Shown: positions 12,136-27,925, counted from the stretch's first letter. The stretch: 64,000 nt of DNA from Octopus vulgaris (GCA_951406725.2 OX597828.1:5828001-5892000), one strand, 5' to 3'. The notes: a model not told the origin generated them from the sequence alone. A program made the numbers and translations.

Positions 12136-15100
12136 AAGAGGAAGGAATACCGATAAGAACTAAAGAAGAACCGGATATCTTAACTAAGCTTTTATTCGTA
12201 GGAGCATCTGAAATATCATTATAACTTCAAGAGAAACATCACCAGTCTTATTCCAGGATATTAGCTTTAATAATACTGAATTAATAGGTAGAAGTTATGC
12301 TAATCCAACTTCCGAAAGGACGAAAGTAATACAAATACTTTATTGAACCTTTAAAGGGAAAGTGGTATCCCATAGCGCATGTGTAATTCAAAGCCTTGCG
12401 TACAAATTGTTTAACGTATTAGAAATTTAGTTTGTTGGTTGTCTGACATAATTTCTTACTCGTATTAGACCGTGCGCGTACGAATATAGCGGGATGAATT
12501 TGAAGCAAATTACTTAAGGAAATAAAGATTTATTGTGCTATTCATTAGTTATCATGTTTCGATTTTCGTATAATTATCTTTGAGGAGACATATAAAAGCG
12601 ATTATTCCTGTTTACCATACCCGAGAATACGAACCGTATTGATTCGATATTATTTCACTTCAATGAAGGTTGGGCATTATAACAGTAGAACTGTTACAAT
12701 ACCCAACTAAATGTCTTCCCGGTAATTCGGTATGTTTCAGCATTGAAAGCCTAATAAAATACTTGGAATTATATAGATGATGCCCTACTTCTATAAATTT
12801 ATGGCCTCTCCCAAACGTTAGTGGTGACGTTACTGAAATCCCCATAATATTTTAAATTCAGATCATATTCACCAATAATATACTATCTTATCTTGGCAAA
12901 ACTATGTGAATGTATCGAATAAACTGCAATGGAATTTGTAACGAATATACCTTTATGAAAATAATTAACAGCATTGAGTCAGTGCATATGACAAGAGAAA
13001 TCGATACTATATTACATACATCAGGTTAGTAAACTCAGAGTCGTTGTGCTTACAGACGGTAACGAACACCTTTGTGTAGCCTCAAGAATAACGTGTTATC
13101 CTGAATCATGTTAATACGTCCATATATTTCTAACGACCTTGTCGCATTGGGCAAACGGAGTATTTTCAGAACTGCACTCAATGCACAAGAGCCTTAACTC
13201 TATGCAGTGTTAAGCCGACAAAAAAGAAAGAGATAACGAGTTAGGTATCGGCATTCACAAAGAGATAGCGAATTAGTTATCAGCGTTAACAAAAACCCTA
13301 GATGTTGTCGAATGGAAACGACACGTGTCAGTGTTAAACATTTCCAGCAATCCCGACACCAGAAAATCAAATCAACCTTTAATAGTGAATATTACAAACA
13401 GTTTGAATTATTGATTCTTAGAAAGGCATGTAAGCCTCAGCAATTTCAATATGATTAAAAGCGATAAGGTATTAAAAAAACTGAATCTTTGATTGGTACC
13501 AGTTAAATTTCCGAGCAGAATTTGAATTGCAAAGCAATAGCGGTATCACTACTATCAAATTTCTTCACTCCTCAGCTAATGAATTTATTGGCAAATATAC
13601 ACAGCTCTGCAGCAACTGTTCACCGACATTTTTCTCTTCCATTTTATGATATCCAATTGCTTTAGGTTTGGTTAATGTTGTTACATAACCAGTCAATGTT
13701 CCCATGAAACTTGGCATAACTTCTAACTGTTTAGAATGTTACCGTACTTTCCTCATTTTTTTGGTCCTGTTGATATATTTTGACAACTTGGTGAACAAAC
13801 GAGTCTCACTGATGCTTCACTAATTTAATGCACAAATATCAAGCAACACATGATGTGATTCAGTGGCACTGTTTCTGCAATTCACTTACCTTATTCAAAA
13901 ATATATATATTAGTCTAAACACGTACACATTCACAAATTCACATATATGTGTAAACACACACAAATGCAAGCACACACATACACACACAGACGCGCATAC
14001 ACACATACACACATACGTATGTGTGTACAAATACATGCGTGTGCATAAGTCTGTGTGGCAAGTGTATGTGTGTGCATAAGTCTGTGTGGCAAGTGTATGC
14101 GTGTATCGGTGACTGTGTTTGTACGTGTATGCGCATTTCTATACTTGTGTATGTTGTTGCAGTAAACACTACTTTTATACAATAAACATAGTTTTGTTAT
14201 GGAAGTTATCTCTAGTCGGCTAGTATAACAAAGCATATCCCTTAGTTTCATCTCAATTTAGTGAACCGGAATGGACAAGAAAACGACAATAGCTTTTGGG
14301 ACCGTCTAGCCAGCCAGTTGAATGTAATATCTGAGCCTGATGTATAATAATGTATTTATTATTGCCAAAACAGAATTGATGGTAATACTCAAACGTGGCG
14401 GTTTAGTTTTGAATAGGTGGTAAGGAAAATGTTCACTCTGTAACAGCAAAAACAATGGAATTTCCCTGCAGTATTGTTGGTTCATATTCTATGGAGACAT
14501 CTATAAATCATCAAATTTGCTCATTTACTTGTAAGACAATGTTTGATTATATATACACTTAGATAAAAGCGGATACATGCATACTCATAAATGTACATAC
14601 ATACACATAGAGCCACGCACATACATACACACACAACCATACACACACACGCACAAACACATATTCACATACATGTATATTCATTCATATAACATAAATA
14701 TATATCTATGTGCATGTATACGTACATATAACTTCATCACATTATACATACTAAAAGGAAAAAATGCTACAGTGTACACCAAAAGAATCTGTACATTTTC
14801 TGGTAGCATCAATAATTCACCTGACTTCTGAAAAGAATTATATTATCAAGTTAGAAGGTACCGAAATTCTTCTGATCTCCAAATGGACTTGATGAATGCA
14901 ATGTCTCTTAATTCCAGCTTTATTTGCTATACGAATATATTACCATATGTATACATACATACATACACACACATATTTATATATATATGTGTGTGTATAT
15001 GTGTGTAATGTGTATGTATGCGTGCATGTATCAAATATATACATAATTAACTAATATATATGAAACTTTCCATGACATTTGAATAGTTCATTTTGGCTGT

Positions 15101-15540
15101 ATATTTTTTTGCACGTAAAGAAATCAACATCAGATCATGCATCGCAAATATTTATGGAGTTGTAAGTTATTTAATATTTTAGAGAAGATTCAAAATAAGA
15201 ATCACGGTTACTTATAGAGTTTTCATACAAATGAAACATTAGAGAACCAGAAGGAGCAACACACAGACTAAGTTAATGATATGAACTGTATGAGAAAACG
15301 GTAACGATGGTTTCACATTTTAACTTTCCACACTCCACGTTTTTTTGCAACATAGATAAACATGTGTTGCTCTAAATGAACAATCATACTTATTGAATTT
15401 AATCCCAATTCTAATTGAATATAATTCTAAGGAAAACTGATGATACCTGAAAGGTTCAAGTAGACGCTAAATCTATTCCTAAAATAAGAACTGCAGGAGA
15501 ATCATCTTCCTAAAACTTTGTACACAGGTTTGCTTTTGCT

Positions 15541-15630
<90 letters not shown>

Positions 15631-16204
15631 TACACACACAAACATACATATATATATAGTATCATGTAAAGGGAAGATTCAAGGATGAAAATATAGGAAG
15701 TTAGTAAGCTTCAAGAAAGAAAATGTACAAGAATAGTAGTAAGATAGAATTTCTTAGGAGAATGGGGAAGGAAATTAATGTGGAAGATAATTATTTTGGT
15801 TAGTAGGGGAACATAGTATTCCTAAGTGATTTAGTAGTTCATCACTTAACGTGAAAACTATACAGGTCCATATTAGCGCGCCCTAGCCTACACGATATTA
15901 CAGGCGCACAGAAACACGCGTGTGCGAGCTAACATGTGCCTGTTTAGCTTTCCCGTTAAACAATAAACTATGAAGTTCCCTTATTGACCAAAATCGTTAT
16001 CTTCCGCTTCATCTCCCTCTCTACCGCCTCTCCTAACAAATTCCAGCTTGCTCTTCTGTATGTTCAGTTTCTCTCCTGCTCCTGACATTCCTCCTTGTTA
16101 TTCTTTTTATTTTTACTGTTTAAATGTATTTACAGGGTGTCCCTATATGTATACTTCATTATTCTATAGTACACTCAGTAATGACCCCTGAATCAATTCA
16201 CAAT

Positions 16205-16595
16205 GACTGTGGTAAGTAGCTTGCTTGCCAACCGCATGGTTCCGGGTTCAGTCCCACTGCATGGCACCTTCGGCAAGTGCATTCTACTATAGCCTTGGGC
16301 TGACCAAACCCTTGTGAGTGGATTACGTAGACGGAAACTGAAAGAAGCCCGTCGTATATATGCATATAGATATATATGTATGTGCATAGGTTTGTGTGAC
16401 TGTGTTTGCACCCCCAACATAGTTTGACAACCGATTCTGTTGTGTTTACGTCCCCGTAATTTGGCGGTTCGGCAAAAGAGACCGATAGAATAAGTGCTAG
16501 GCTTACAAAGAATAACTCATGGGGGCGATTTGCTCCACTAAAAGCGGTGCTCCAGCATGGCCACAGTCAACTGATTGAAACAAGTAAAAGAGTAA
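16205..16595 (+). mobile_element. SINE family A
   Basis: GTGGTAAGTAGCTTGCTT...GGTTCCGGGTTCAGTCCCACTGC...GAAACAAGTAAAAGAG. Confidence 0.88.
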
Positions 16596-17598
16596 TAGTG
16601 AACAAGAATACCATTTTCCCCTTACTCTTCCCCCCTCTCATTTTCCTCTATCGTATTCTTATTCTTTTCCTTCACAGATTTAAACATTTACTCACGCATT
16701 TCCATAAATTTTCCTACAAGTTAACATGGGATCCCTTGCGACAATGCAACCTTCAGGTGACTAAGGTGTGTTTGACCTGATGAGCAGCTAGTAGTAACTA
16801 TCCATCGTTTGAATAATTACTACTTCTGAGGTTCTGCTAGCTAGGAAACGTATGTAGCCTGGATTTCATCTCCTTTATTCATAAATATCGAAGATATATA
16901 TATAGGATCTTTGCAGGTGGGCTGCAAATCGTCAAAAACTGAAAATACATTAATGTAGTTCTCCACACTGAATCTCTGGAGATATTTCACTTTTTCTATT
17001 TTTTTTTTTTTATTTTTTAAGTAGTAGAGGGTTCGAATTTGATAACCTTCACCCAGTCAGAAATTAGAATTTGGGAGCTGTCGTTTTGGGCGTCGCAGAA
17101 AGTGTTGTCAACTGTAAGGAAACAAATTGCTGGCAGAATTCTTCTTAATGCACGCCATATAACCCCTCATAAATTTTTTATTTTTCGACATCTTCAGGAA
17201 ATTTTTCTGAATTTGTTTTCTACACATAGGAATTCATAGGTTTATACAAAAATCAAAGCAAAATATTTGGGAGTGCATGATTTAAGGGCTCCTTACCTGT
17301 TATTTTTATCACGCCTCACCACCACTTCAGTGAATGGAATATATTTGTCAGTATATGCTTTCTCGCTGACAAAAGAGTTCTCCTGTTTGGCATATTACTA
17401 TGAAAACAGGCAAGAAGGCGTCTGTTGCAGACGATGGGTAAAAATTACACAAAATTTCTTTATGAATTCTTTATTTATTGATTAATGGCAAAAATGAACT
17501 TCAAGGCATTGACAAGCATATAAACTATATCATTACACCAATCATGAAATCATTTCGAAAAGAAATTGCAGAGACTGAAAATTGGCAAGCTACACAAA

Positions 17599-18077
<479 letters not shown>

Positions 18078-18093
18078 TTATATATATGTGTGT

Positions 18094-18190
<97 letters not shown>

Positions 18191-18499
18191 TGTGCGTTTA
18201 GTAAGAAAAGGGAGGAGCAGATTTTCGATTATCCCAATATATTGTGGGTAATAAAAAATATATATAAAATGAAAGATTGAAAATGCACGCTTTTTACATA
18301 GTTTTATTATATATTTTTTATATATTTTAAAAGTGAAAGACTATGGTGTTTGTCGACCGTTTTCGCTATCGCTAATCGTGACGTTAAAAGTATTGTAATT
18401 CCGTATTTTCCTAAGAAGATTTTAGTTCTTGTACTTGGAAAAAAATTTGGAAATGAATCAAGTAGAAAAATATAAGAGGAAGTAATTGATGATCGTTAT

Positions 18500-19260
18500 T
18501 ATTCGGGACAGGGTAGGTAATTGCCCATTTTTGCACGGGGGCGGATATTTAAATATACAAAACTTCAAAAGCTAATGTTGTTAGAGGAAATACATATAGT
18601 GATGGGTATATAATCAGGAATTAGAATATATAACCAATGTTGGCTCTGCGTCATCTGTATATTTCGATAAATAAATTTTATTTTTAAAAATTCTCTTGTA
18701 CAGAACTGGTTTCTTTGCGCTGGTAGATAGGGAGAACTATATTTCATTGTAAATTGAATGTTAGGATTTATATCATTTAGTATTCATTAAAATTCCAAGA
18801 GTTTATCAATTGTCTCATTTTAAATGATAAAACAATCATCCAGGTATCTTTTCAAGTCCTATCTTATATAATGGAGATATGGATATCCATATTTATTTGC
18901 AGTGAGATTTCGTATATGGTGAATTGAAAATATCCCATTATTAGGTTCGTAAAAACAAGGGCTGATTTCGTCCCCATCTCACTTATGCATTTTTGACGAT
19001 AGTAGGTGTCATCAAATAGGAAATAGTTGATCCAGAAGTTCTTCAGATTACTTTTCCAAGCATAATTTTATTGCATCTTATCCATTATGTGGGACATTGG
19101 TGTAAAGACTAATAACGTCGAAGGAAACCAAGAATATCTCTTCATTAATTGTTTTGGTTGGTGGTCAGGCATATCTAGATCGTCCCTAATTAAACTTTTG
19201 GTATATTTCAGCAAGGGTTTAGAGTATAATGTCTAGAATATTGCTTAGACGGTGGGATTC
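18500..19260 (+). pseudogene. Possible highly decayed piggyBac-like transposase remnant
   Basis: Scattered translated motifs FALVDRENY (about 18714), YVGT (about 19086) and YNV*..LRRW (about 19226) resemble piggyBac motifs in the expected order; heavily frameshifted. Confidence 0.3.
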
Positions 19261-19297
19261 ACAGGCTGGGCCAGCTATAATGGGTCTTAGTTAATAT

Positions 19298-19342
<45 letters not shown>

Positions 19343-19344
19343 TG

Positions 19345-19550
19345 TGGCCTCGAGTGTACCGTTGGCGATTTTTTTCCTCTGTCTTCCCTTCTCTGGATCT
19401 TTCCTTCTCCTATGTTTCCGACGAAGAGCTCCGCTCGAAACGTTAAACCCTCCTTCTTTCCTTCTTTCCCGAGCGTCCAATAATACTATATTTGTTCCAC
19501 GTCCTCAAGTTGTTGTGTTTTTTGTGTGCGTTCTTGTTTGGATTAACTTT
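19345..19550 (+). mobile_element. Penelope-like terminal repeat carrying a minimal hammerhead
   Basis: Flanked by TA repeats; contains GTTT-CCGACGA-A-GAGC-TCC-GCTC-GAAA-CGTT-AAAC. Confidence 0.65.
19414..19448 (+). ncRNA. Minimal type I hammerhead ribozyme motif (core variant CCGACGA)
   Basis: Stem I GTTT/AAAC, stem II GAGC/GCTC, GAAA, palindromic minimal stem III ACGT, GUU site. Confidence 0.6.
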
Positions 19551-20911
19551 ATATATATATATATATAATTCGTGTACTTGGACATTTGGTTAGTGGCCAC
19601 CAAATAAATTTTTCGCCTGTCTTCAGTAATGATAGTTTTCGCCGCGATCTTATACAACAGTGACGCCATGTTTGCTAGCGTATTTAAAGATACGAGTAAT
19701 TCCATACCCGATCCAAAACCCACCATGAGAAAATGACAGCGAAAACAGCTGAGATTCACACCCCTCTAAATCTGTACCTCAAAAATTTCTGAGTTTAGTG
19801 AATAAACACTTAAAGCTAGTTTTAGAAAATATATTCAATTGACATACTTTAAGAGTTTCTTATTGCTGGGAACCTTGTGTAAAGGAAATCATAGTAGGTA
19901 GGTGAATATATAAACTACTATCAGGATTTTCACACAGGCAAAATCACATGTCTCCTTAATGGACAGTACAAGACAGTGATAGTGTTATATGAGTTGAAAG
20001 TGATGTCAAAGTGACTCCTGTTTTAGTAATCTAACCTAAAATCAATTGACTAAAGTCAAAACTATGTTGCAGAGACCAAATTAAATAAAAACAAACTCAC
20101 TAAATACTTTTCTTTCGGAGAAAAATGTATTGTGGGCACATCTCTAGACAGAATATATATACACACACACACACATGCTTACATGCATAGTATATAGAAA
20201 TAGACAAACACATACACATACACTCATATACACACAGATATACATACATACATATATAATACTTATATAAAACATGATATCGGAGCTTTCTATGTTTCAT
20301 TGATTGTTTAATACATACAAACTGCCTTACGGTGAGCAAGCCTGGCCGTGACCCACTCCATACGATCCGATATTATGTAATTGTTCAAACTGGTTTACAG
20401 CCAGCAGAAAACTAGCAATTCAAGTACATTACATGGAAAGAGATATGTTACATGATATGAAATAATGTATTCTTTCTCCAGATTTTTTTTATCATCATAA
20501 TATTCAAAATTTGTAAATCCCTATATTTTGTATATCTATTTTTACTTGCTTATCTGGTTCTCGATATATCAATGTTTTTCTTTCTCTTTTATTTCTCACC
20601 CTCACTCATATTTTGTCATCTTTTTTCCCCCATTACCCGCAGATATAAAGATGTAAATGCACAATGGCTTCTGTGAATACACATTTATAAACACAAACAC
20701 ACTCACACACACGTGCACACACACACGCACACACACTCGCACACACATGTACGCGCACTCACACGCACGTATTAATTTGCACACCCACTAACATATATCT
20801 CTATCTAAATAAATAAATATATATATATATACATATACGATGCAGCATGTGCGCGCTCATGCATGTAAATGAATATGTGAGTGCGTTATGTATGTCTGTA
20901 TATATACACAC

Positions 20912-20949
<38 letters not shown>

Positions 20950-20976
20950 GTATACCTATATATATGTGTGTGTGCG

Positions 20977-21013
<37 letters not shown>

Positions 21014-21856
21014 GTATATATATCTATATATATATATATATATATATAAATCTTTGAATAGATACGTACCTACACAGAGATAAACAAATACAATTACCCA
21101 TGTATATATAGATGTGCTTGTGGCTTGAGAGATATGGCTAATGCAAATAGAGAGAGAGGATGTGTGCGTGTGTGTGTGCGTATGCGTGTGTGTGTATGTG
21201 TGTGTTCGTTTGCCTATGCATCTGTGTGTGAGTATATGTATGTTTCTGCGCAGTAAGTGATAAATTTACTTATGCTGGGATTTAAAAGAATCTATTACAT
21301 CAGATACATTTCGTTGTTGCTGTCTATAAACCTATAGAAGAATCAGAGTATGCTATCAGTAGAGTTCTTTAGATATTTTAGCGAGGAAAATCCATAAACC
21401 TTGTTCGGAATCCTTACAGGCATAATCGACATTAGCCTGTCATCCTTTCAATATGCTATTGATATCAGCAATGCTTTGCTGTCTTCTCTTCTAGGAACAT
21501 CAACTGGATGTATCCACTCCTCTCATTCATTCTATTCCTATATATCTTTCCACCTCTCTATCGCTAAACTATCGATCTATAGATTTCTCTATGTCAGCGA
21601 ATGTATTGGTATGTATGAAAATATCCATGCATGTACTCATCCACAGATGCTTCTTTGAATGCTCTTAAACAATTCCCTCTTTTCATGTAGACCTACCGAT
21701 ATCTCGCTTTTTCTATCTATCTATTCATCTATCTCTCTGCCTCTCTGTCTATCTATTATCTATCTGTTTGTCTGTCCTTCTACATATCTTCGTAGAAATA
21801 TCTCTCCCATCTTCCCTCTCATTCTCTGTCTACCGTTATGTCTATATGTATTTGTG

Positions 21857-21896
<40 letters not shown>

Positions 21897-22569
21897 CATA
21901 TGCATATATATATATGTATATGAATGCATATAGTTGTGTATGTGTATATGTATGCACACACACACACACATATATATCTATATATATATATATATATGTA
22001 TCTGTTCATATTTGAATGCAGGGATTGATTAAGCGAGTGATCGAACGACAGATAGAGGTGCAGACATACAGACATACAATATTTAACAATACATTCATTG
22101 TCCTTCTCTCTGCCTCTGTTTCTCACTTTCTCTCCATCACTCTCTCTTTTTTCTCTCTCTCTGTCTCTCATTCACTCCCACTCTCCCTCTCACTTACTCA
22201 CTCACTCACTCTTTCACTCACTTTCTCTCTCTGTCTGTCTGTCTGCCTGTCTTTCCACTACAGAAACTCATACATACACACATACAGACAATCACATATG
22301 AAGCGGTTGTAGAGAGATGTATCCCGTGTAAAAAATATGTTCCTATAATTCAGCACTTACTAATAGCAGTGGTTATTGTTGTTGTTGAGGCTATCGGAAT
22401 TATTATTGTTGTCTACATATTTATCAAAACTTTATATTATGTTCTACGTTAAAGAATTGTCAGTATTACTATCATCATCATCATCATCATCATCATAAAC
22501 ATAGAAGTCTTTAACTTATCTGTTCATTGTCATCTCCATCTTCATCGTTGTCGTCGCCGTCACCTTTGC

Positions 22570-22663
22570 TGAACTCCTAAGTTCCGGGGACATAAACACA
22601 CCAACATCGGTCGCCAAGTGACGCTAGGGAGGCAAACACAGATACAAACAAACACACACATAA

Positions 22664-22738
<75 letters not shown>

Positions 22739-22890
22739 CATATTTATATATATATATATAAACGACGGGATTTTTTCAGTTTCTCTCTAACAAATGTACT
22801 CACAAGGTTTTGGTCAGAATCTTGCCGAAGAGGCAATTCAGTGGGACTGAACCCAGAAGCATGCATGCGGCTTGAAAGCACACGTCTTAC
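22570..22890 (-). mobile_element. SINE family A, decayed and partial
   Basis: CCGGGGACATAAACACACCAACATCGG...(TA)n...ACGACGGG...GTGGGACTGAACCCAG. Confidence 0.7.
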
Positions 22891-22914
22891 AACGTCTATA
22901 TATATATATATGTA

Positions 22915-23125
22915 TCACGTGACCGACCAGACCATCAGATGTTGTTAAACATCGCTGGTCACAATGCGTTCGCATTGTTTTAGCCTTCGAATGACGCCAC
23001 CCTGCTGGCTAAGCGAGCAGGCCACCAGAAGAAAGAGTGAGAGAAAGTTGTGGCGAAAGAGTACAGCAGGGATCACCCCGCTGCCGGAGGGTCGTGGAGT
23101 TTTTAGGTGTTTTCGCTCAATATAC
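22915..23125 (-). mobile_element. SINE fragment related to 60662-61021
   Basis: Shares AAGAGTGAGAGAAAGTTGTGG(C/T)GAAAGAGTACAGCAGGGATCACC...TTAGGTGTTTTC with the 60662 copy but has a different 3' tail. Confidence 0.7.
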
Positions 23126-23433
23126 ATAAATGCATTTTAGCATACATTTCCATGTTCATTGTAAAATATTTCTTACTCAGAGTGTTATGTGCAAAAAGTA
23201 CGCTGAATCTAATATCTTACATGAAATTAGACTCATTACACGATAATTCTAAATGTTGGTAACTCCGAGTAACAGAGGGGAAAAAAATGATTATTTGTTT
23301 TTACTGTTTGTTTGCGCTTTCTCCTTTGGATGCAAGCATAGACATATTACCATACAAAAGGCTTGTAAATATATACCTCTTCATGAATGTGTAAGTATAT
23401 GTGTATACATGCATACGTACACATACACACACA

Positions 23434-23518
<85 letters not shown>

Positions 23519-24293
23519 TTATATTTATAGAAGTACATACATTAATGATTTTCCATATAAACACAACCATATATATGTGTGTGTGTGAGTGTGTCTGTGT
23601 CTATGTGTATGAGTATACAGTTGTCTATACATGTGTGTTGTCGTTTATGGTATATATGTATACTCCTAAATGGCTTGAAGACATATTTCATTTCGCGCTT
23701 TCTTTTGCTGTATTTCCCCTCTCTTTCTCATTCTCAATGTTTCCTCATTATTTTGTTTGTTTTTGTTCTTCTGTCCATTTAGATACGTATTTTCTTTTTG
23801 TAGTATTCTTATTTCCTTCTTATTCCCGAAATGTCGATTTAGATAATAGACTCCGACTACAAGCAACTTTTAGCGAAAGATACTGAGTTAGACTGTAACA
23901 TCGATTATCTGTAAAAGTGCCAAGTACAACAACTGAGCTTACCTTGTAATATTATAGCAAAATATTAGGGACATGGAGGATTATGTTCTCTATGGCTAGA
24001 CAGAAAGTGTGTCGGTTTTGGAGAGAAATGAATATATATGGGAACTGTCGGTGAATGCATATTAAATCTGGCAGAGAGACAGAAGAAAGGAGAGAATGAG
24101 AGACAGAGGTAGAGAGCAAGATGAAGAAAGGCAATGCGATGCATTGTGAGGCATATGATTTGATGGAGTCAGGGGGAGAAGTGAAAGAGAAGTGGTGCCG
24201 GTACGTTTTTGTGGTAGTAGGTAACTGTAATTGAAAGAGTTATTGCATGAATTTATAGATAGAAATCCTATAAATATCTATGAATACATGCAA

Positions 24294-24335
<42 letters not shown>

Positions 24336-24370
24336 CACGCACAAATACATACACACGTGCATTTTTACAT

Positions 24371-24403
<33 letters not shown>

Positions 24404-25606
24404 ACAATAATTAAGGGTTAAGCAACAAGTTGCTTCGCCACATACCGAAAATTTAGAAATAGCAGCCAAAAGACCGCTATTTCTTTTTCCTACAAAATAT
24501 GCATCCACAGATAACAATATTTGTAAGTCACATAGATAAAAATAAAGAAAATAATGAAATCAAAGAGTCTTCCATTAATTATAGACGCGTTTCTGGATTA
24601 GAATAATAAAATCATATATATATATATTCAGATGTGTGTGAGTACGCCTAAATTTAAAAAGGTGTGTTATATTTATATTATGCGTGATTCTCTGTCTTTT
24701 TGTGTATTTGCTGAGGCCATTCATACACTGTTATCATTATGTTTTATTTCGTAACATGTCTGCAAATCCCTGCATCGATTAAGTAATATTGTATTCAAAT
24801 ACAACGAAGTGTGACATCAAATATATACCTTAATATCAACGCTAAGTTACTGTGGCTATGTCGAAGCCTAGTTCCTGCATATACACTCCATGGTATTTCT
24901 TTCACATAAATTATACAAATACAATTATGACACGAAACTGTATTTTTAAATTTCCAAAAAAATGCAGAATCGTTTCACCTTGAAAATAAGCAAACCCTTT
25001 CTCTTGACTTCACGAAACATTCCTATCACCAAGATCATGATGCATTCATTTACCTTGTGACACTTTCACTCAGATAAAACGTTTATAAAACGTACAATTG
25101 ATACCTGTGTTTCTGTGCATGAGTAAACGTGTTGTGTTTACACAATAGTTAAATTCTGATGGCTTTTATTGTATTGTCGGGGATTTAGTTTTGTATTCTA
25201 TGCCTCTAATTGCATATCCTTATTGTAATTGCGTATTTAACTAATACAAAATAACGGCATTTTTCTTTTCTTTTTGTTTACACACTTTGCGTTGTTCCTG
25301 AAGGGCAAACTACATTCTGATTTCGCTTGCATTTGTATACACAGATAATAGAGAGAATTGGACTGAAAATGAAGTGAATTAAGAATGTGCGTGGAAGAAA
25401 TAAAAGTATATTTAATGAATAATAGACACACAAGGCCGAACAGTTGACGTAATAAATGCCAATCAGATTTTGTTTGCACTGTCATTCGAGAAATATTGTC
25501 TGAGTGTGTGTGTGTGTGTGTGTGCTTGTGTGTTGTGTGTATGTATAGATATATCTGTGTGCTTGTGTATATACACATACAAACACACGAACACACATAC
25601 ATGGAC

Positions 25607-25767
<161 letters not shown>

Positions 25768-25879
25768 GAGAGGGATTAGACAAAATAATGGAATCACCTT
25801 AAAATTTCAAACAAATTTAATTTTAATATGGGGAAGGTCTGCCTTTGGCAGTAATTACATCTTGAATTATACGGGGTAC

Positions 25880-26830
25880 TGAACTATTTCCAAAGGAAAC
25901 TTTATCCCTTCTGCAGCTAAAACAGTCTCCAGCTTTTGTAATGATGATGGTGGAGAATATCGACTCCTTACTTGTTTTTCTAAAATAATATTGAGATCTG
26001 GAGACTGTGATGGCCAGCTAAGATGTTTAACTTTACAAGAATGTTATTCGTGCCATTCAGTAACAGATTCAGCAATGTGAATTGGTGCATTATCATCCTA
26101 AAAGTTTGAGCTTCCCTCCGGAAACAGTTTTACAAACATAGAATGAATTTGATCAGATAAAATGCTTAAATCGTGTTCACCATTAATTCTGCCATAAAGG
26201 GAAACCATTGGGCCGGCGGATTTCCAAGATATAGCCCATCCCCAGATCAACACTGATCTTCCTCTATGTTTAACAGTTGGAAGGAGGCAGTCTGAGTCAA
26301 ATGCTTCTTTTAGCTGTCTCTACACGAATACTCCGCCGGTGGTTGGGAATAAGGTAAAGGATGATTCGCCCGAGAAAATAACATTATTCCACTGCTCTTA
26401 GGGAGTAATTCTGTAGGTTTTTACTCCACCTTAAACGCTCTGCAACATTTGTTTTAGAAAGTAGTGGTTTTCTGATTGCAGCCCTCCCATGGCATTGTAC
26501 AGCTTTGTACAGCTCCCGGCGAACAGTTTTTTTGTGGAAACTGGGTTCTTGAGGTGGTCATTAAACTTTATAGTAATTTTGGGAGCTGTATTTTTATGAT
26601 CCTTACTAACAATTCGCGTAAGAGTTCCACGGTCCCTATCTGAAAGATTTGGTTTTCTTTCGCAGTTTTGTTTCAACGAGGAGCTTTGTCCTTCTTACTC
26701 AAAGGCTGTCATTACTTTCGAGACATTACTTCTTGATACACCAAATAATTTGCCTGTTTTCGTTACGCTAGCGCCTGCCATACGAGCATCAACAATTTGA
26801 CCGCTTCCAAAGTCCGATAGATATGTCGTT
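25880..26830 (-). pseudogene. Decayed Tc1-family (DD34E-type) transposase
   Basis: Minus translation LSDFGSGQIVDARMAGASVT..., WNNVIFSGESSF, PTVKHRGRSVLIWG, F*DDNAPIH, WPSQSPDLNII. Confidence 0.85.
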
Positions 26831-26924
26831 TTAATGAATTTTAATTACATTTTTCTGATGTTATCTAAAACGAAACTGCAATTTTAACAAAACATATTAA
26901 GCAACACTAATACTAAGTATTAGT

Positions 26925-27925
26925 CAGCTGACTGTACTCGAGATTGCTCCAATCTGGCCAACCCCAAGGAAAAACGAGGCTAAGATCATTAGATTCCTTG
27001 GAAGAAAGCAGCGAATGTATGCGAAAACAAGGACGAAAAAATAAACGGAGAATGTTACACAAATACAATAAAAAAAATAATGACAGGACATAACACCCAG
27101 TGTCTTTCGACTAAGGACGAATTAAATTAAGCTGCCGTGTGTGGAAATAAAGCCTTGCAGCAGGGATACAAGATTTCACAGGCACAGGGAGGAATATCGA
27201 TATTGCACGGACGACGGCCGGACTGAGAAAGAAAGATCAGGCTTGGCCGAACACCGGTCATGTGGGGAGAAAAGAGAGAGATGTAGAAGCAAAGAGACAG
27301 AAGAATTAAGGAGGGGTTAGAAAATGACACGGACACAGTGAAGTGAAAAGTAGAGGGAAAGTGAGCAAGAAGAGATGGCAAGGAAATGTGCGAGTGGGGA
27401 AACGAAAGAACGGAGAGTGGAATGAAGGAATAGGTGTGAAAGGGCTGATAGACAGAAATAAAATCGTACAAGATTTAGAAAGATGTATACTTACATATAA
27501 GAGACCAAAGTGTACGTTATCCGCTATATATATATATAGATATATAGATATATAGATATATATACATATATATATATATCGATAGATAGATATATAGCTT
27601 GATTGATTGATGGATACAAAATGGGACAAGAACGCAAAACATCCAGACAGTTAGATGATACAAAAATGGGACAACAAAACATCCAGATAGACGATACAAA
27701 GAAAACATGGACGGGTTATTTGGAGTTTTCTTTCCACTGTCGAGTACCAGATTATCTTCGCAATTTCGGCTGATTATCCTCGAGATTGCTCCAATCTGGC
27801 CAGCCCCGAGGAAAAACTAAGATAAGTGCATTAGATTCCTTGGTAGAAAACAGCGAATATATACGAAAACAAGGACGGAATAAAAACGGAGAATGTTACA
27901 AAAATACAAAAAAATAATTACAGGA
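26925..27925 (-). mobile_element. Penelope-like terminal-repeat element with partial tandem duplication
   Basis: About 150-bp direct repeat CTCGAGATTGCTCCAATCTGGCC...ACAGGA at about 26937 and 27779; carries a decayed rearranged hammerhead. Confidence 0.55.

Noticed and set aside
14041-14099. Two tandem copies of a 32-bp unit, considered as a CRISPR-like repeat
   Set aside because: Simple slippage duplication in TG-rich DNA with no spacers; eukaryotic context with no cas genes.
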